The notes under the pieces are model-generated. The model ran no database searches. It saw nothing but the letters and a program-made list of their open reading frames with translations, and was not told the origin of the DNA. A stretch of DNA of 46,872 nucleotides from Catajapyx aquilonaris (taxonomy: Eukaryota): positions 1 to 46,872 of the forward strand of contig JYFJ02003048.1 in NCBI GenBank assembly GCA_000934665.2, given 5' to 3'. The position numbers and the translations under genes are program-made. This document shows positions 12,820 to 25,270 of the stretch, piece by piece (positions within the stretch are counted from its first letter, which is position 1; every line of letters starts with the position of its first letter).

Positions 12820-13160
12820 TAATAATTGGGTAGTGCGGACCTCTTTCGAGGTATTACACGGACCTTTATTTATTTTGCAATTTTACATAGTTTCGTCGCA
12901 ACGCCCTGGTCCACGGGCGTATGGGGAAGGGGAGCTTCCCAAGGGAGGGCGCTCTCATGTAGTTTCTAGTCATTGCAGACCCTCTTAAACACCAGACCTT
13001 TTCTCCTGGCCCCGAGCAGAGAAAGGAGTGCAATTCTGCTCCGGCATGTCGGGTGAAAAGCGGAAGACCCGGCCAAGCATAGGTGACGGGGACGGGCTTT
13101 GAACCCCGGCCTCCCGCTTGGCTGGCCAGCAGCGTAACCGCTAGACCACCATGCCTCCCT
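12820..13160 (-). mobile_element. tRNA-derived SINE, head type D
   Basis: TGGTCTAGCGG A box, GGTTCAAAGCC B box; 16-bp TSD CCAGGTCACCAGTTAA (12804-12819, 13161-13176). Confidence 0.82.
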
Positions 13161-13754
13161 CCAGGTCACCAGTTAAGTGTTAAGTAGCTATTGCCATGAA
13201 ATTTGTCAATTTTCCTGTCGGGGTCAGAGATAACCATTTTGCGACTTTCGACATGAACATTTGGTATGTATCTTACCAGACACTTTCAAATGATGAAAAC
13301 CACCATAAAAATGATATTTAGCTGCTTCTGGACTCAAACATCATATCGATCGAAGCATTTTTCAAAAAGTGGTACCAGATTTTGTAAGCCTATGTAGTGC
13401 ACTTCCGCAGCAAAGCCTATTCTTTTGTATTGGTAGTATTGGTATTCATTTCGTGGTTGTTGCGAAACAAGAGAAGGTGACTTGGTTGAAGGTCCTTACC
13501 ATGGTCGGAGTTCTCAAATATGCCTCGCAATCATGACCTGTTAGAAGCTATGAGTAATGCCCATGTAAGAGGACTGCCATTAGACATTGGCATGGAGCTT
13601 TGGCAGATATTCGATACTTTCTCCTGCAAAACGGCTCTAAAGTTTCAAGTGATACAGCCTTGTTATGGATGAGCAGCACCTGTAGTTATGGCAGTCAGAC
13701 TTTAACTAGGTAAGATGGCCTGAATCAAAGTGTTACCGGTAGGAGGGGGCTGAC

Positions 13755-13948
13755 CTCAGTCTTGTGAGCAGCAGCAGCCAAAGAGGGAAGGCCAAAGATG
13801 CTGGGTTGGCAAGTGGCTTGAGGCAATAGGCTCGAGTGAGACAAGAAGGGTGATGATGGTAAGCTTCCCCCTCGCATCAAGTGCGCCTGAAGCTGCTGCA
13901 GAGGGGCTGGAACACCTGGATGCACTCCTAGTGCTGGGCTAATAGCAC
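13755..13948 (-). CDS. ci: ci/GLI exon (GAISPALG...LQQLQAHLMR...HKTE)
   Basis: Acceptor tttgcag, donor GTCAGC; phase 1/0 links SYGHLSAG to AISPA and to the next exon in frame. Confidence 0.9.
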
Positions 13949-15501
13949 CTGCAAATTTAAAAAATAACAATATCAACAAGAACTCCTGTAAACTTGAATC
14001 AGCTTTACGCGTGCTACTTTGATTTTCCTTATGAATCGAAAATACTCATTACAATTCTGTCATAATATAGTCTCAGTTGGTATTTCTTCCAGCACAAAGA
14101 AAAAAATGCATTCCCAAGTCCCAACCTTATAACCAACAGAGACGTTTATACAGAAAATGCAAAATGTATGATAAGTCATAAATTATGTACGTACAGTACT
14201 ATCCTACTGTACTAATATAGAACACCACATTTTGTGGCCAGATTACTATCAACATTGGCCAAGTTTCTTGTCATTATGCAAAACTCACTGTCAATGTTTT
14301 GAGAATATGTACGTATAACTTTCATATTACAAAATGGATAGATAGATCAACAGATAAAAATACAGTGGGTATGCAAATAAAGCCAGGCCCAGACTAAGGC
14401 TAATTTTCTGTTTCTCATTTACTATTAATTTATTCCTGCCAACACTGTACATGATGACACATATCACCTTCTTTACCTGCTCTCCATTTTGATGCATAAT
14501 CTAACTTGAGGCTAAATTTAGGCACCATCAAGCAGAAATGTAAGAGGCTTAATACATTGGAAAGCGAGCCTGTCAACCATGCGCGGACTTTGTGCTGAAT
14601 AAGGAGTAGGTCATTACATGCTCTCTCTGTACATATTAAGATGCAGAGAAACTGCAGATGTTGTGTGGTTTTCCTTGGACTTGGAAACACAGAGCATCAC
14701 AATTTATATAAGTTATGTGTTGTTTAAAAAAAATCACAATCATCAATATTCAACCGCTGCTGTCTTTAAGCGCAATGGTGGTCTTTGAAGGCAGCTTTAC
14801 CTACACTCTTCACATATTAAACTATGCAACACTATTTGTCCATGGAAATTCATCGCTATTTCCATGTTCCTTAGGTCAATCGTTATTCCTAATGACCATT
14901 CATTTTGTCTGGAATTTGCATTTGACCTTGGGGCAGTCAAAAAACCAAAATCATCGAAATGTAAACAAATCAGAAATGGAAGAACAATGCGCTCGTATGG
15001 GTCATTCCGAATAAAGTGCGCCGAAATGCTGCTAGAACATCCAGGATTTTGGTGAAAATAATCACAGCTGTACATATCAAGTTTCAGCCCAATTTCGCAT
15101 ACAATGGGGAGGGGAAAATAGCGAAATTTCGGATAATTTGTTTCGGTTAGTGATTCAAGTGGTCAAAACACAATCAACATAATATATTAGGGTTAATAAA
15201 ATGAAACCCGTTCATGGAGTCTGGAGAGGATACTGCTGAATGCAGAGACTTGAAACTTCTACCATAGCAAGATAGTACCTTCTCAATGAATAGGTAAGAG
15301 CCTGCGCGCGCATACCAAGAACGCCGCCGCAGCCAATCAGAGATGGCGCGCTCCGTGTCGAGCGTGATGCCCGAGCAGGATCAGCGCATTGTTCTTCCAT
15401 TTCTGATTATCTTGCGGTACTCCAGGTTGTAATGGGCAATGTGAACACTGAACACTGTATACCATAACTAAGGCTGACCATTGCATTCAAGTAAGTCATA
15501 T

Positions 15502-15767
15502 TCACTCGCGTTCATCTCTTATATCAGCTGATCTACATGTGCAATGATGACAGGTGTGATTGCTAGCTGAGCCTGGCCTGGTCGGGTAAGGTCGACCGTG
15601 GATTGTCTGCCATCTCGGAATCGTCGGCACCATTCCACGATAGTTGTCTTTGCCACGCAACTGGCACTGTACAAAGCAACCTCCCACATCCTCCTATAGA
15701 TTTCCGCGCCTCTACAGCCCTCGGCCATCAGAAATGGAAGAACAATGCGCTCATATGGGTAGGTCAC
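15502..15767 (-). pseudogene. mariner transposase N-terminal HTH remnant
   Basis: YERIVLPFLMAEGCRGAEIYRRM...VAKTTIVEWCRRFRDGRQSTVDLTRPG, frameshifted and truncated. Confidence 0.85.
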
Positions 15768-15864
15768 GCTCGACCGGGCGCACGCATTTAGAAGGTATTG
15801 GTAGTGTACTATCTTGCTGTGGTAGAAGTTTCAAGTCTCTGCATTCCACAGTATCCTCTCCAGA

Positions 15865-16102
15865 ACCGAAGCAGGTTGGCATAGTGGATAAGGCGTCCGA
15901 CTGCTAATCGGGAGGTCCTGGGTTCGAATCCCGGGGCCGGCAACCTTGACTGTGGTTTTCTGTGGTTTTCCACGGTCTTTCTAGGATAATTCCGGGGTCG
16001 CTTCCGTATAATAGATTAATAGGCCACAGCCGCTTCCTTCCTTCCCTATCCTTGGAGGTTGAAAGGCAATGCTGGGCCAAAATCCTTAAATATCAATTAT
16101 AA
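15865..16102 (+). mobile_element. tRNA-derived SINE, head type B (GCT anticodon-like loop)
   Basis: TGGCATAGTGG A box, GGTTCGAATCC B box; 15-bp TSD AGTATCCTCTCCAGA (15850-15864, 16103-16117). Confidence 0.9.
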
Positions 16103-16672
16103 AGTATCCTCTCCAGACGCACAATGGGCCAAAAGGCAGCTTAGATGTAAACTAAAGTGTTTAAAGTAACAATCATATTAATAGGAAACTAGCAGGATAT
16201 CCGGCGTTGCTCGGGTTATGAAATACTTAGCATAGGAGTAACTCATTGATTTTTCTTTTTAATATTTTTAGATATACCCTGTGCTAGGGCCATGGGCCCT
16301 CTTAGGGGAGTGGATTACCACTCTCATGTGTGTGAGCTGTGTGCCTTTAACCCATAAAATGCTCTGAAGATGGCCTCTCTTTGTTCATATGTTACTTTCT
16401 GATCACAGTGAAACCTGCAGCAATTAATCACATGCTTCTGCAGTTAGGACCGTATTGTTCTGACTGATGGATAGGATCTGTGCAGATGGAACTAAGTTGC
16501 AAAGTAATTTCCACCGTCAATTTTAGAGACATAGGGATAAAATTTCTGGATAATTTAGATCGTTGCATATAAGTAAAACTTCTATATGTCGAATCTCCAT
16601 GGGACAGGAAAAAAACTCGAGTAATAGAAGATTCGAGTTAGGGAAGTTTATTTCATATTATTTTCCATTGTG

Positions 16673-17040
16673 GGGGAGGCGTGGTGGCCGAGATGGTAAC
16701 GTCTCGGCTTGCTGTGCGGAAGGTCTCGGGTTCGATCCCCGCCCGGGAGTTCTCTTCCGCCTGCGTCAGTGGGTCTCTAACCCGCGCCTAAGGAGCCGTT
16801 TTGGCAACCTAGCCTCCTGGGGGACTGCACATGACCCTTTTCAGACATTGCACGTTTGCGCCTGTGTCCCCTCCCCAAAAATCCGAATTCCCCTCCCCAT
16901 TTCCCTTTCTCCACTGCACGGTGTTAGAAGAAAAATTCAGAAGAATTTACATGAAAAATGGGGGTATTCCACCCCCCTAAAGGAGCGCTGATATTCTCCC
17001 AATGGGGTAAGTAAAATAAATTTAAAAATTTAAAAACAAA
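16673..17040 (+). mobile_element. tRNA-derived SINE, head type A variant, inside a pogo/Tigger-like MITE (~16572-17116)
   Basis: 16-bp TSD ATTATTTT(C/A)CATTGTG; host TIR GTAAAACTTCT..GTCGAA / TTCGAC..AGAAGTTTTAC. Confidence 0.85.
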
Positions 17041-17189
17041 ATTATTTTACATTGTGACCAACAAAGCTTATCATTTTCTTCGACTTAGGGAAGTTCGACT
17101 TACAGAAGTTTTACTGCTGTTGTACCAATAACTCATTTTTGGTGAAATTGTCAGATGGAACCTTGTTCTCACCCCACGATGTTATAAAA

Positions 17190-17908
17190 AATGTCTCCCA
17201 TTTTGTACGGTAAAACCTGTGTGTAGCGGAATTGCGCGGGACCTTAAAATTTTCCGTCATGGACAAGTTTCTACCATATTAGACATGCAGACTGTACAGG
17301 TCCTGCACCTGTCCATAACGAACCCTTTGTATACCGGAAAACTGTCTATTGCAGGATTTTTTCTGGGACAGTGGATATGGTGCTGGTCGGTAATTTCTGT
17401 GTCAATATTGAACCAGTTTTGCGGCCGTACAGAGTGTATGTTTTCTGAAATGGGGGCAGTTGTAGAAGGGGCCGGGGGAGGTGAGGAAGGGGGGAGGGTC
17501 GCACATTTATGGAAGCTGTTTAGGGGGTCGATGTTGGTAAAAGGTTGGAAACCACTGCTATAGTATATGATATGCATAGGACATGAATTCCGTGTCTAAT
17601 AGAGTGAAACCTGTGCACAGCGGAATCGCACAGGACCCTTAAATTTTCCGCAGAAGGACAAATTTCCGCTATATTAGACACGTGCTGTATATACACGAGT
17701 ATATCGTACGGTAAAATTTGTAAGTATATCGGACATGTAGACTGTAGTGAAACCTGTCTATAACGGACCGTTTGTATCGATACCGTCATCCTGCCCGTGG
17801 GCCCGGGCGATTCGCTCAAGGTTCCAGCATTGTACTGCATTGTACTTCAATATAATAAAGGTCCGTGCCCCACACCTGATACGGTCTAGCACTACCCGGA
17901 TTATTGTT

Positions 17909-17950
<42 letters not shown>

Positions 17951-18437
17951 ATAACGGACCGTTTGTATAGCGGAAACCTGTCTATTGCGGGAACGGGCGT
18001 ATGCACAGGACATAAATTCCGCGTCGAATATAGTGAAAACGTGTTAATTGCGGAAAATTTTAGGGTCCCGTGCGATTCCGCTAAGCACAGGTTTCACTGT
18101 ATTAGACACTGCCCTATGCATACACACGCCCGTTCCCAGAAAAAATCCTGCAATGGACAGGTTTCCGCTATACAAAGGGTCCGTTATGGACAGGTTTCCG
18201 CTATACAAAGGGTCCGTTATGGACAGGTTTCACTGTACAGTGTGCATGTCTAATATTATAGAAACTTGTCCATTACAGAAAATTTTAGGGTATCGTGCAA
18301 TTCCGATATACACATTTCACTGTATATCTATGCAGTACATGTCTAATGTAGCGGAAACTTGTCCATTACGGCAAATTTTGAGGTCCCGCGCAATTCCGCT
18401 ACAGACAGGTTTCTCCGTATAAAATGGGAGACATTTC
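17190..18437. mobile_element. composite foldback of pogo/Tigger-like modules with a central (GTT)n
   Basis: Outer arms AATGTCTCCCATTTT.TACGG.. inverted; repeated GTGAAACCTGT..GCGGAA motifs; 27-bp tandem duplication near 18153-18230. Confidence 0.7.
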
Positions 18438-20407
18438 AAACCATACCATATGCTTGGCATTATTATCGTTCAGTTTACCAAATACACAGCAATGATAAAA
18501 TATTGGCCTTGTTTTGCATATTCCGGCCCAAAAACTGTCTGGCATGTATTACATCAATCAATAAGAGTTCGGGATGTAAAACTGCACTCCATATGATTTC
18601 AAAATGGCAATATGAGAACTGCTACTGGGGGAGACTCCCTAAGTACACTACCGTATTGAAGGAGTTGCAGGGGGCTGTCCTTTGTCAAGCTTCCAGTCCA
18701 TACCCAGTCACGCCCAAGTAAGCAGGACAAAAGTTGTTTGTCATTGTTATCCCCCTCTGATTCCCAATGGCTTGCTGTATGGTGGGCTGGGTTTCAACAG
18801 GCAGCTCAGTCTCGATATTGTTAGCGAGCCATCCCCAATCCAATGGCCTCCAGGCGAGTGTGCCGCCCGCCAGTTCAACTATATATAGAGCGGCATTCTC
18901 TTCGCTCTCTTCTAGAGCTAGATTTTGGCTCCCAGGTTTCCATCTTGGAATTTCATCGGCCTGCAGGAACCAAAATAACGGGACAGCGAGACTTGGAACC
19001 GAGGCTGAAGTGGTGGTGGGATATAACTGCATCAGTTGTCAACACTGGCGGGGGGCGGATGTCATTGCAAAGGCTTCGAGTTGGTGCTGCTCAAGCCTGC
19101 AATCACTGCTCCAGAATGGAAGGTTGACACAACACGATACTTTTGGCGAGTGTTAATTGAACAGAGCGGTTGGGGCTTGACCAGCGCCCTCATTTGAGAG
19201 ACAAGTGCCACCTTATCGCTGACAACGACGGATTGACGTCAGATAGTGCTGGGCAGCAGGACCCATGGATGTCCTCAGGCCGCCTCCAGAATCCTAATTA
19301 GCCCAATAATTCCATTCCTTCTTTTCTTTGCCAATCCCATCAGTGCAATCTTCCTTGCCGCTCTTTCAACAAGTGTTCTAGCAGTATCAGTTAACAGATA
19401 CCAGTAGGGCTCAGGGTATCATGCAAGATTACCATAAGTTTCATTTGGCAGAGGAGAACGTCCACTTGTACTCAGTTTGCCATACACCGGGCACACAATC
19501 ACATAGGCATGATGCATGCCAACTTGGATCACGACATTATAACAGTCGTGTGAATTACTGTGCGGAATCATTTGATTGTCATTTATCGCATATCGATGTG
19601 GCTCAACTATTTGATTGATCGACCCTATTAACATAGCCTATCCCGCGGTATCGTTCCTTTTACAATGCTTTATTCCTTCAATTTGGTCACCTAATTATGA
19701 TTTTGACTGCAGATTGTAACATCCCAGCCCTTGGTGGATTTGGATATGCGCTGGCTGGCTGGCCTATGGTGGGTGCCATTAGATAATACTGTATTGCTAG
19801 AAGAAAACTGAATCTAGCGACCACATTGATATTGGAGAGAAACATGAATTAAGAAAATGAGATGTAGGCTTCTTGACCCCCCTCCCCCCTCCTCCTCCCC
19901 GAGTGCGAGTGGTGCAAATTGGCAAGCCGGGTCCAGGCTCAGTCCTATTCATCTCTCGAAGCAAGAACCACATTCATTTCCTGGTGAAGCCCTCCGCCCT
20001 GAAACTTCTGAGGGGCCCTTTCCCGGTGCGGCGGAACTAACTGGTATGCTCGAGTATGCTTAGCGTGTCCGTTGCGAACCCATTATGCTCGAGCAGAATG
20101 AATTAGGCGCGTCAGGTGAATATCCATCTTCATTCTGCGAGGTCCCAGAGGGTTACGGGCAGGAAGCGGGGAGCGGGGCAAATCTCAGCCGACGACACTA
20201 AAATGGCGGCAACCATCACTACCTGTCCTCGCTACATACACCACACTACCACTCATTAGCAGAGCTTTAACAACTTTAACAACAACAACAACAACTACAG
20301 CTGAACCCATAACATTCTTATTTGCATATACCGTGGGTCCATATTTCCGGGGTTATAACACTAGGCTAAAATAATATCGACGCATATTTTCATATTACAG
20401 TTAAATC

Positions 20408-20640
20408 GGGGGAAGGCACGGTGGCCGAGATGGTAACGTCTCGGCTTGCTATGCGAAAGGTCCCGGGTTCCAATCCCCGCCCGGGAACAAACCTTTCGCT
20501 TGCGTCAATGGGTCGTGACCAGCGCCTGAGGAGGCGTCTTGGCAACCTGGCCTCCTGGGGGACTGCACCTGGCACACCGCTGGACAATGCACCTGCACCT
20601 GTGTCCCCTCCCCAAAAATCCCCTCCCCTTACCCCATTTA
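20408..20640 (+). mobile_element. SINE head type A, 3' truncated
   Basis: Close match to 5179-5410. Confidence 0.85.
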
Positions 20641-20659
20641 CTACTATCCGTTTATTTAA

Positions 20660-21070
20660 TATAGAGCCCTGTGTTTGACTCTAAATAACTCCCAGGCAAA
20701 TTATCCAAAAAAATAAAGTTATACATCGTTCGAAAGCTTGTTTAAATCCACGTTACATATATGCGAGTTGTTTCCCTATCGTCAATCTCTAATTTTTTGT
20801 CGTAAAAATAAGGCGGAAAAGTGTCATTTTTTGCCTAGTTGCCGACGTTGCACCGCAAAGTGAATTTTTTGTGACACTTTCAGGAGGCCAAAAAAATCCG
20901 CCTGTGAACCCTGGGTAGTGCACATCTTCGTCTATCTAATGATATATTTGAAACATTGAGATCGTCATTTCTGTAATCATAATTAAGTTAATTGCACACC
21001 TCTGTTATCTCGGCCGTTTATAATCCTAATTACTTCGCGAATGTATCGACGGCAAGCCAGAAATGTGCAT
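20660..21070 (+). repeat. interspersed repeat; diverged inverted copy at ~35530-35920
   Basis: Shared CCTGTGAACCCTGG.TAGTGCA.ATCTT.GTCT.TCTAATGATATA and AAATAACTCCCAG blocks. Confidence 0.65.
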
Positions 21071-21202
21071 GATAAGATGACATTGTGCTTTATTACACTA
21101 AAATTTTTAAAAGTATTGTTTTACTAAGTTTAATAGAAAAGGACTCCGCCCGCTTTCTGGCGGGAATAGACGGCGATACTTTTAAATACATTTAAAATTT
21201 TT

Positions 21203-21323
21203 ATATATATATATATATGATATATATGATATATGATATATATATGATATATGATATATATATATGATATATATATATGATATATATATGATATATATAT
21301 ATGATATATATATATATATATAT
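21203..21323. repeat. (TA)n/(TGATA) microsatellite
   Basis: Direct inspection. Confidence 0.95.
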
Positions 21324-23171
21324 GAGGCATTCCACGTCAAGCGGCACACCTTCCGCTAAATCTTTGAGGACCTTGACCAAAATGTAGTGACGTGTACTAC
21401 TCATCGACCTGTGCAGGAATCCAAATTATTATCCCTCTGCGTTGCGTGGTTGCGTAACTACAGGGTGTCAAATGTGCCAGTTTTTGGACATTTTTGCTAC
21501 GTTCGCTGTGACTTAGATGGCCATAACTCCTAGACGGTCAGGTCAAATATAACATTTGATATGTGCATTCGAAGGGTAATCTTCCACTCTATGAGATGGC
21601 CATACTCAAAATTGAAAAATCCAAAAATATAAAATCAAATATGGCGTCCAAAACATTGATTTTGATATTGATCATGAATCGACCCCTACGATTTCTTTTG
21701 AATGGCACTTAAAATGACAAGGGCAATGTTTATTTTACATTTCCGAAAAATCTGGAGAACCCTTTTTTGATCTTTGCCGACAATAATAACTTTTTTGGTT
21801 CCAAACGCGTCCCGTCAGTGTGGTCACCTCATTTGGAGGACCATAACTAGGAGAAGGTCAGGTCAAATCTTATATTTGATATGCGTATTCGGAAGGTATT
21901 TTTATGCCCCAGGAGATGGTCATACTCAAAATGGAAAAATCCACAAACTTTAAATCAAAGATGACGGCCAATTTTTGATTTTGATTTTGATCAATAATCG
22001 ACCCCTACGATATCTTTTGAATGGGACTCAAAATGATCAGGGTAATGTTTACTTGAGATTTCCGCAAAATCTGGAGAACCCTTTTTTGAAAATTGCAAAT
22101 ATAAAAACATTTTAATGGCGAGACGCATACCGTAAATGTCAATTTACAATAAAATTACTCCAAATTTGTTGAGTTAAATTTTCATGTTGCACGTACTCCA
22201 GGTTCGATGCAGGTACTCCCACGAGCATAAAGATGGAGACGGCAGGCCCTTTTTTGACCTTTCTTTATCCGACTCAAATATTAATGAACTCCTTTTGGAC
22301 CGAGTTGGCTGCTTCATGCGTGTGTTTGTGTATTTATGTCAGTATATTTGATACCGTGATAGCTGAGACTGGCAGAGCAGCCTGCCGAAGGTGAAGGCTT
22401 GCCGTCTCCATCTTTATGCTCGCGGGTGGTACGTACTGCATGTATGATGCAGGTAAGGATAATGCCGGATTCTATCACTCTACATAAATATAATAAATAC
22501 CTATTTCGTCTCAGTTAACTTTGAGACTTACCTTTTTAGTATGTCACTAAAATCGGTATTTATTAATTATTATTACCAAGGTAGAGTGCTAGAATCAGGC
22601 ATTCTCATTATGTGTAGTTTGAATTCTTAACGCAGCAGATTTGGAGTAATTTTATTGATAATTGAGGTGACTACATTTACTCTCGCAACTCTCGCAACTA
22701 AAATGTTTTTATATTTGGGAATTATCAAAATAGGGTTCTCCAGATTTTGCGGAAATCTCAAGTAAACATTACCCTGATCATTTTGAGTCCCATTCAAAAG
22801 ATATCGTAGGGGTCGATTCATGACCAATATCAAAATCAATGTTTTGGACGCCATATTTGATTTTATATTTTTGGATTTTTCAATTTTGAGTATGGCCTTC
22901 TCATAGAGTGGAAGATTACCCTTCGAATGCACATATCAAATGTTATATTTGACCTGACCGTCTAGGAGATACGGCCATCTAAGTCACAGCGAACGTAGCA
23001 AAAATGTCCAAAAACTGGCACATTTGACACCCTGTAGTTACGCAACCACGCAACGCAGAGGGATAATAATTTGGATTCCTGCACAGGTCGATGAGTAGTA
23101 CACGTCACTACATTTTGGTCAAGGTCCTCAAAGATTTAGCGGAAGGTGTGCCGCTTGACGTGGAATGCCTC
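21324..23171. mobile_element. long-TIR foldback element, Sola2-like (GAG...CTC)
   Basis: GAGGCATTCCACGTCAAGCGG termini; arms of several hundred bp; ATAT flanks; small TIR insert at ~22213-22432. Confidence 0.85.
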
Positions 23172-23197
23172 ATATATATACGAGGCATTCCACGTCA

Positions 23198-23779
23198 AGG
23201 TGTGTTTATACCGTCTGGAAGTGAGCCCAGTTCCGGCGAACTAATTTCCTGCCGGGCACTCGAATCGTACTATCCGTTTACGCCATTGCGGTCTCACAGC
23301 CAGCGAGGAGTGGGACTCGGACACGGACTCGGAGCTCGCGAGTCATCAGTTGGGGAGGGCTGGGGTAGAGGGATGGAGGGGCGGCCGGGCAATGGCATGG
23401 ATGCGAGCCGCGGGAGACCCGCTTCTCCTCCTGCCGGCGAGGGGAACTGGGAGCTCCTTTGCTGTACTTCTCTGTTGCAGCCATCTTGTATGGGGGGGAT
23501 AAACTCCACCCTCTACCGTCGTTGATTGGTTCGAAAAGAGAAAGGCAAAGGGATGGGCGTCTCAACTGTGCGCGCGCATACGGGGAAGGCTCTGATTGGT
23601 CAGCAGGGGCACAGCAGAGGTTACGGATCCGTTGCTCCTGGCAGAAAAGACTCCTAGGGAGAATTGCGGTCGCAGGCGCTCGATTCCTTGCGACATTATT
23701 TCTGGTGGCCACGGTTTCCGTTGCCAAAGCACCCAGTTCGCCGGAACTGCCGTCACTTCCAGACGGTATAAACACACCT
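23198..23779. mobile_element. PIF/Harbinger-type MITE in the terminus of the foldback element
   Basis: TIR AGGTGTGTTTATACCGTCTGGAAGTGA; TCA TSD. Confidence 0.85.
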
Positions 23780-24799
23780 TCAAGCGGACCACCCCCCGAC
23801 AAATCTCGTACGATTTCGACCAAATTCCATAGGTGTGTTGTACTAGTGATTATATGTAAGAATCCCAGATATTGTCTCTCTGTCTCACGTGGAACCTTGC
23901 GAAACTACAGGGTGTGTAAGTTGTGATTTTTCACTCATTTTACGCTGCCAGGGCTTTGAATGGGAACTTCTGAACCCCTCAAGTGAATCCAAATGTGATG
24001 GGTGATTTCGGAACCTCTTTTAACGGCTTTTCATGATATCGCATTGAAAATTTCCGGAAGTAAAAAATTTTGACTTCAAGATGGCGGCGAAACTTTGATT
24101 TTCATATTCCTCAACGTTGGCCATTTTTGAGATTTTTTGAATGGCACTCAAAATGAACCTTGAAATGTGTGCTTCATATTTCCGAAGAGTTTAGGAGGAG
24201 CATTTTGGAATCTCACCCGCTAGAGGGCGAAAATGCAGCCGGCGCGCGTTTTCGACCTGCACGCTGTCAGTTGGAGGACCATAACACCCAGAAGATCGGG
24301 TTAAATATTAAACTTGATATGTGCATTGTAAATGTGTTTTCACGCTCTGTGAGATGGTTATCATCATCCTAATAAAATCAAACAATTTGGATCCAAAATG
24401 GCGGCCTAAATTATGCTTTTTGCATTCATCATTAATCTACCCAAACGATTTGTTTTGAATGGCGTTTGAAATTGTACCGGAAATGTTTACTCGAGATTTC
24501 CGCAAAATCAGGAGCACATATATACGATATATGCCAACCATAAGACATTTTGTGTATGTTAGGCCCTACTGAGAAAGGAGTCGGTTTCACGATTTTTCGA
24601 TAATTTTTATTGTCGTGTAAGAATGATTTTAAAAACTTTTCACGGGGTTATATGATTCATTTGACATTTTCTGATCCAGAAATAATTTTAAAACAGCCAA
24701 TTCAGTAATTGTTTAATTGTTATTATGCCACAATGTCTCAGCTGAGCATTCCAAAACGATTGTGCATAATATATCTCATTGTGGCATAATAACAATTAA

Positions 24800-25270
24800 C
24801 CCTTAACTGCGTAGGTGGGTGAAACACCTTTACTACGTAGGTGGAGCCTGAGAGGCTCCAACGGTATATTTAAATTTCTGCTTAGCAACTAAATTGTTAT
24901 ATTGGACTTTTCACATACAGAAAGTGCAGTTCAGATCATTAGGCTTCCGAAAACGTAAAAATCACACTCTGAGTCAGCATATTCCGACAGGGAAAATTGT
25001 TTAATTAACAGGTTACATCATGTGTTTGAGCAGATCAGGCTTCACCTGAGATATAGAGCCTGAGCGGTTCCAGGAGGGACCTGTTCCTCGTTACGAATTT
25101 TTTAAACCCAAAGAATAGGGACTAAAAAAAAATTTTCTTTCCTTTTCATGCTTAGGAAGGTTTTTCTGACAAAGTCACGGAAGGACAGGGGAAAATAAAA
25201 TTCAATGAAAAAGTTACATGCGTTTAAATAGTGCTTGGCGCCTCTCAGGCTCCACCTACGTAGTTAAGGG
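24800..25270. mobile_element. piggyBac-like MITE
   Basis: TTAA|CCCTTAACT(G/A)CGTAGGTGG...AGTTAAGGG|TTAA; absent from the opposite arm of the host. Confidence 0.88.

Larger units (their letters stand above)
11681..13179. mobile_element. piggyBac-like non-autonomous element with nested inserts
   Basis: TTAA|CCCTTAACTAGTGACCTGG...CCAGGTCACCAGTTAAGTG|TTAA; palindromic subterminal motif CCTGGGGTC-N-GACCCCAGG three times. Confidence 0.8.

Noticed and set aside
15870..15945. tRNA gene
   Set aside because: No proper acceptor stem; continues into a SINE body and is bounded by a 15-bp TSD. The same applies to the other tRNA-like heads.
16360..16420. Hammerhead ribozyme core (CTGAAGA)
   Set aside because: No correctly placed GAAA and flanking stems found
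18685..19032. Reverse transcriptase remnant (AYLGVT)
   Set aside because: Single short motif with no other RT motifs visible
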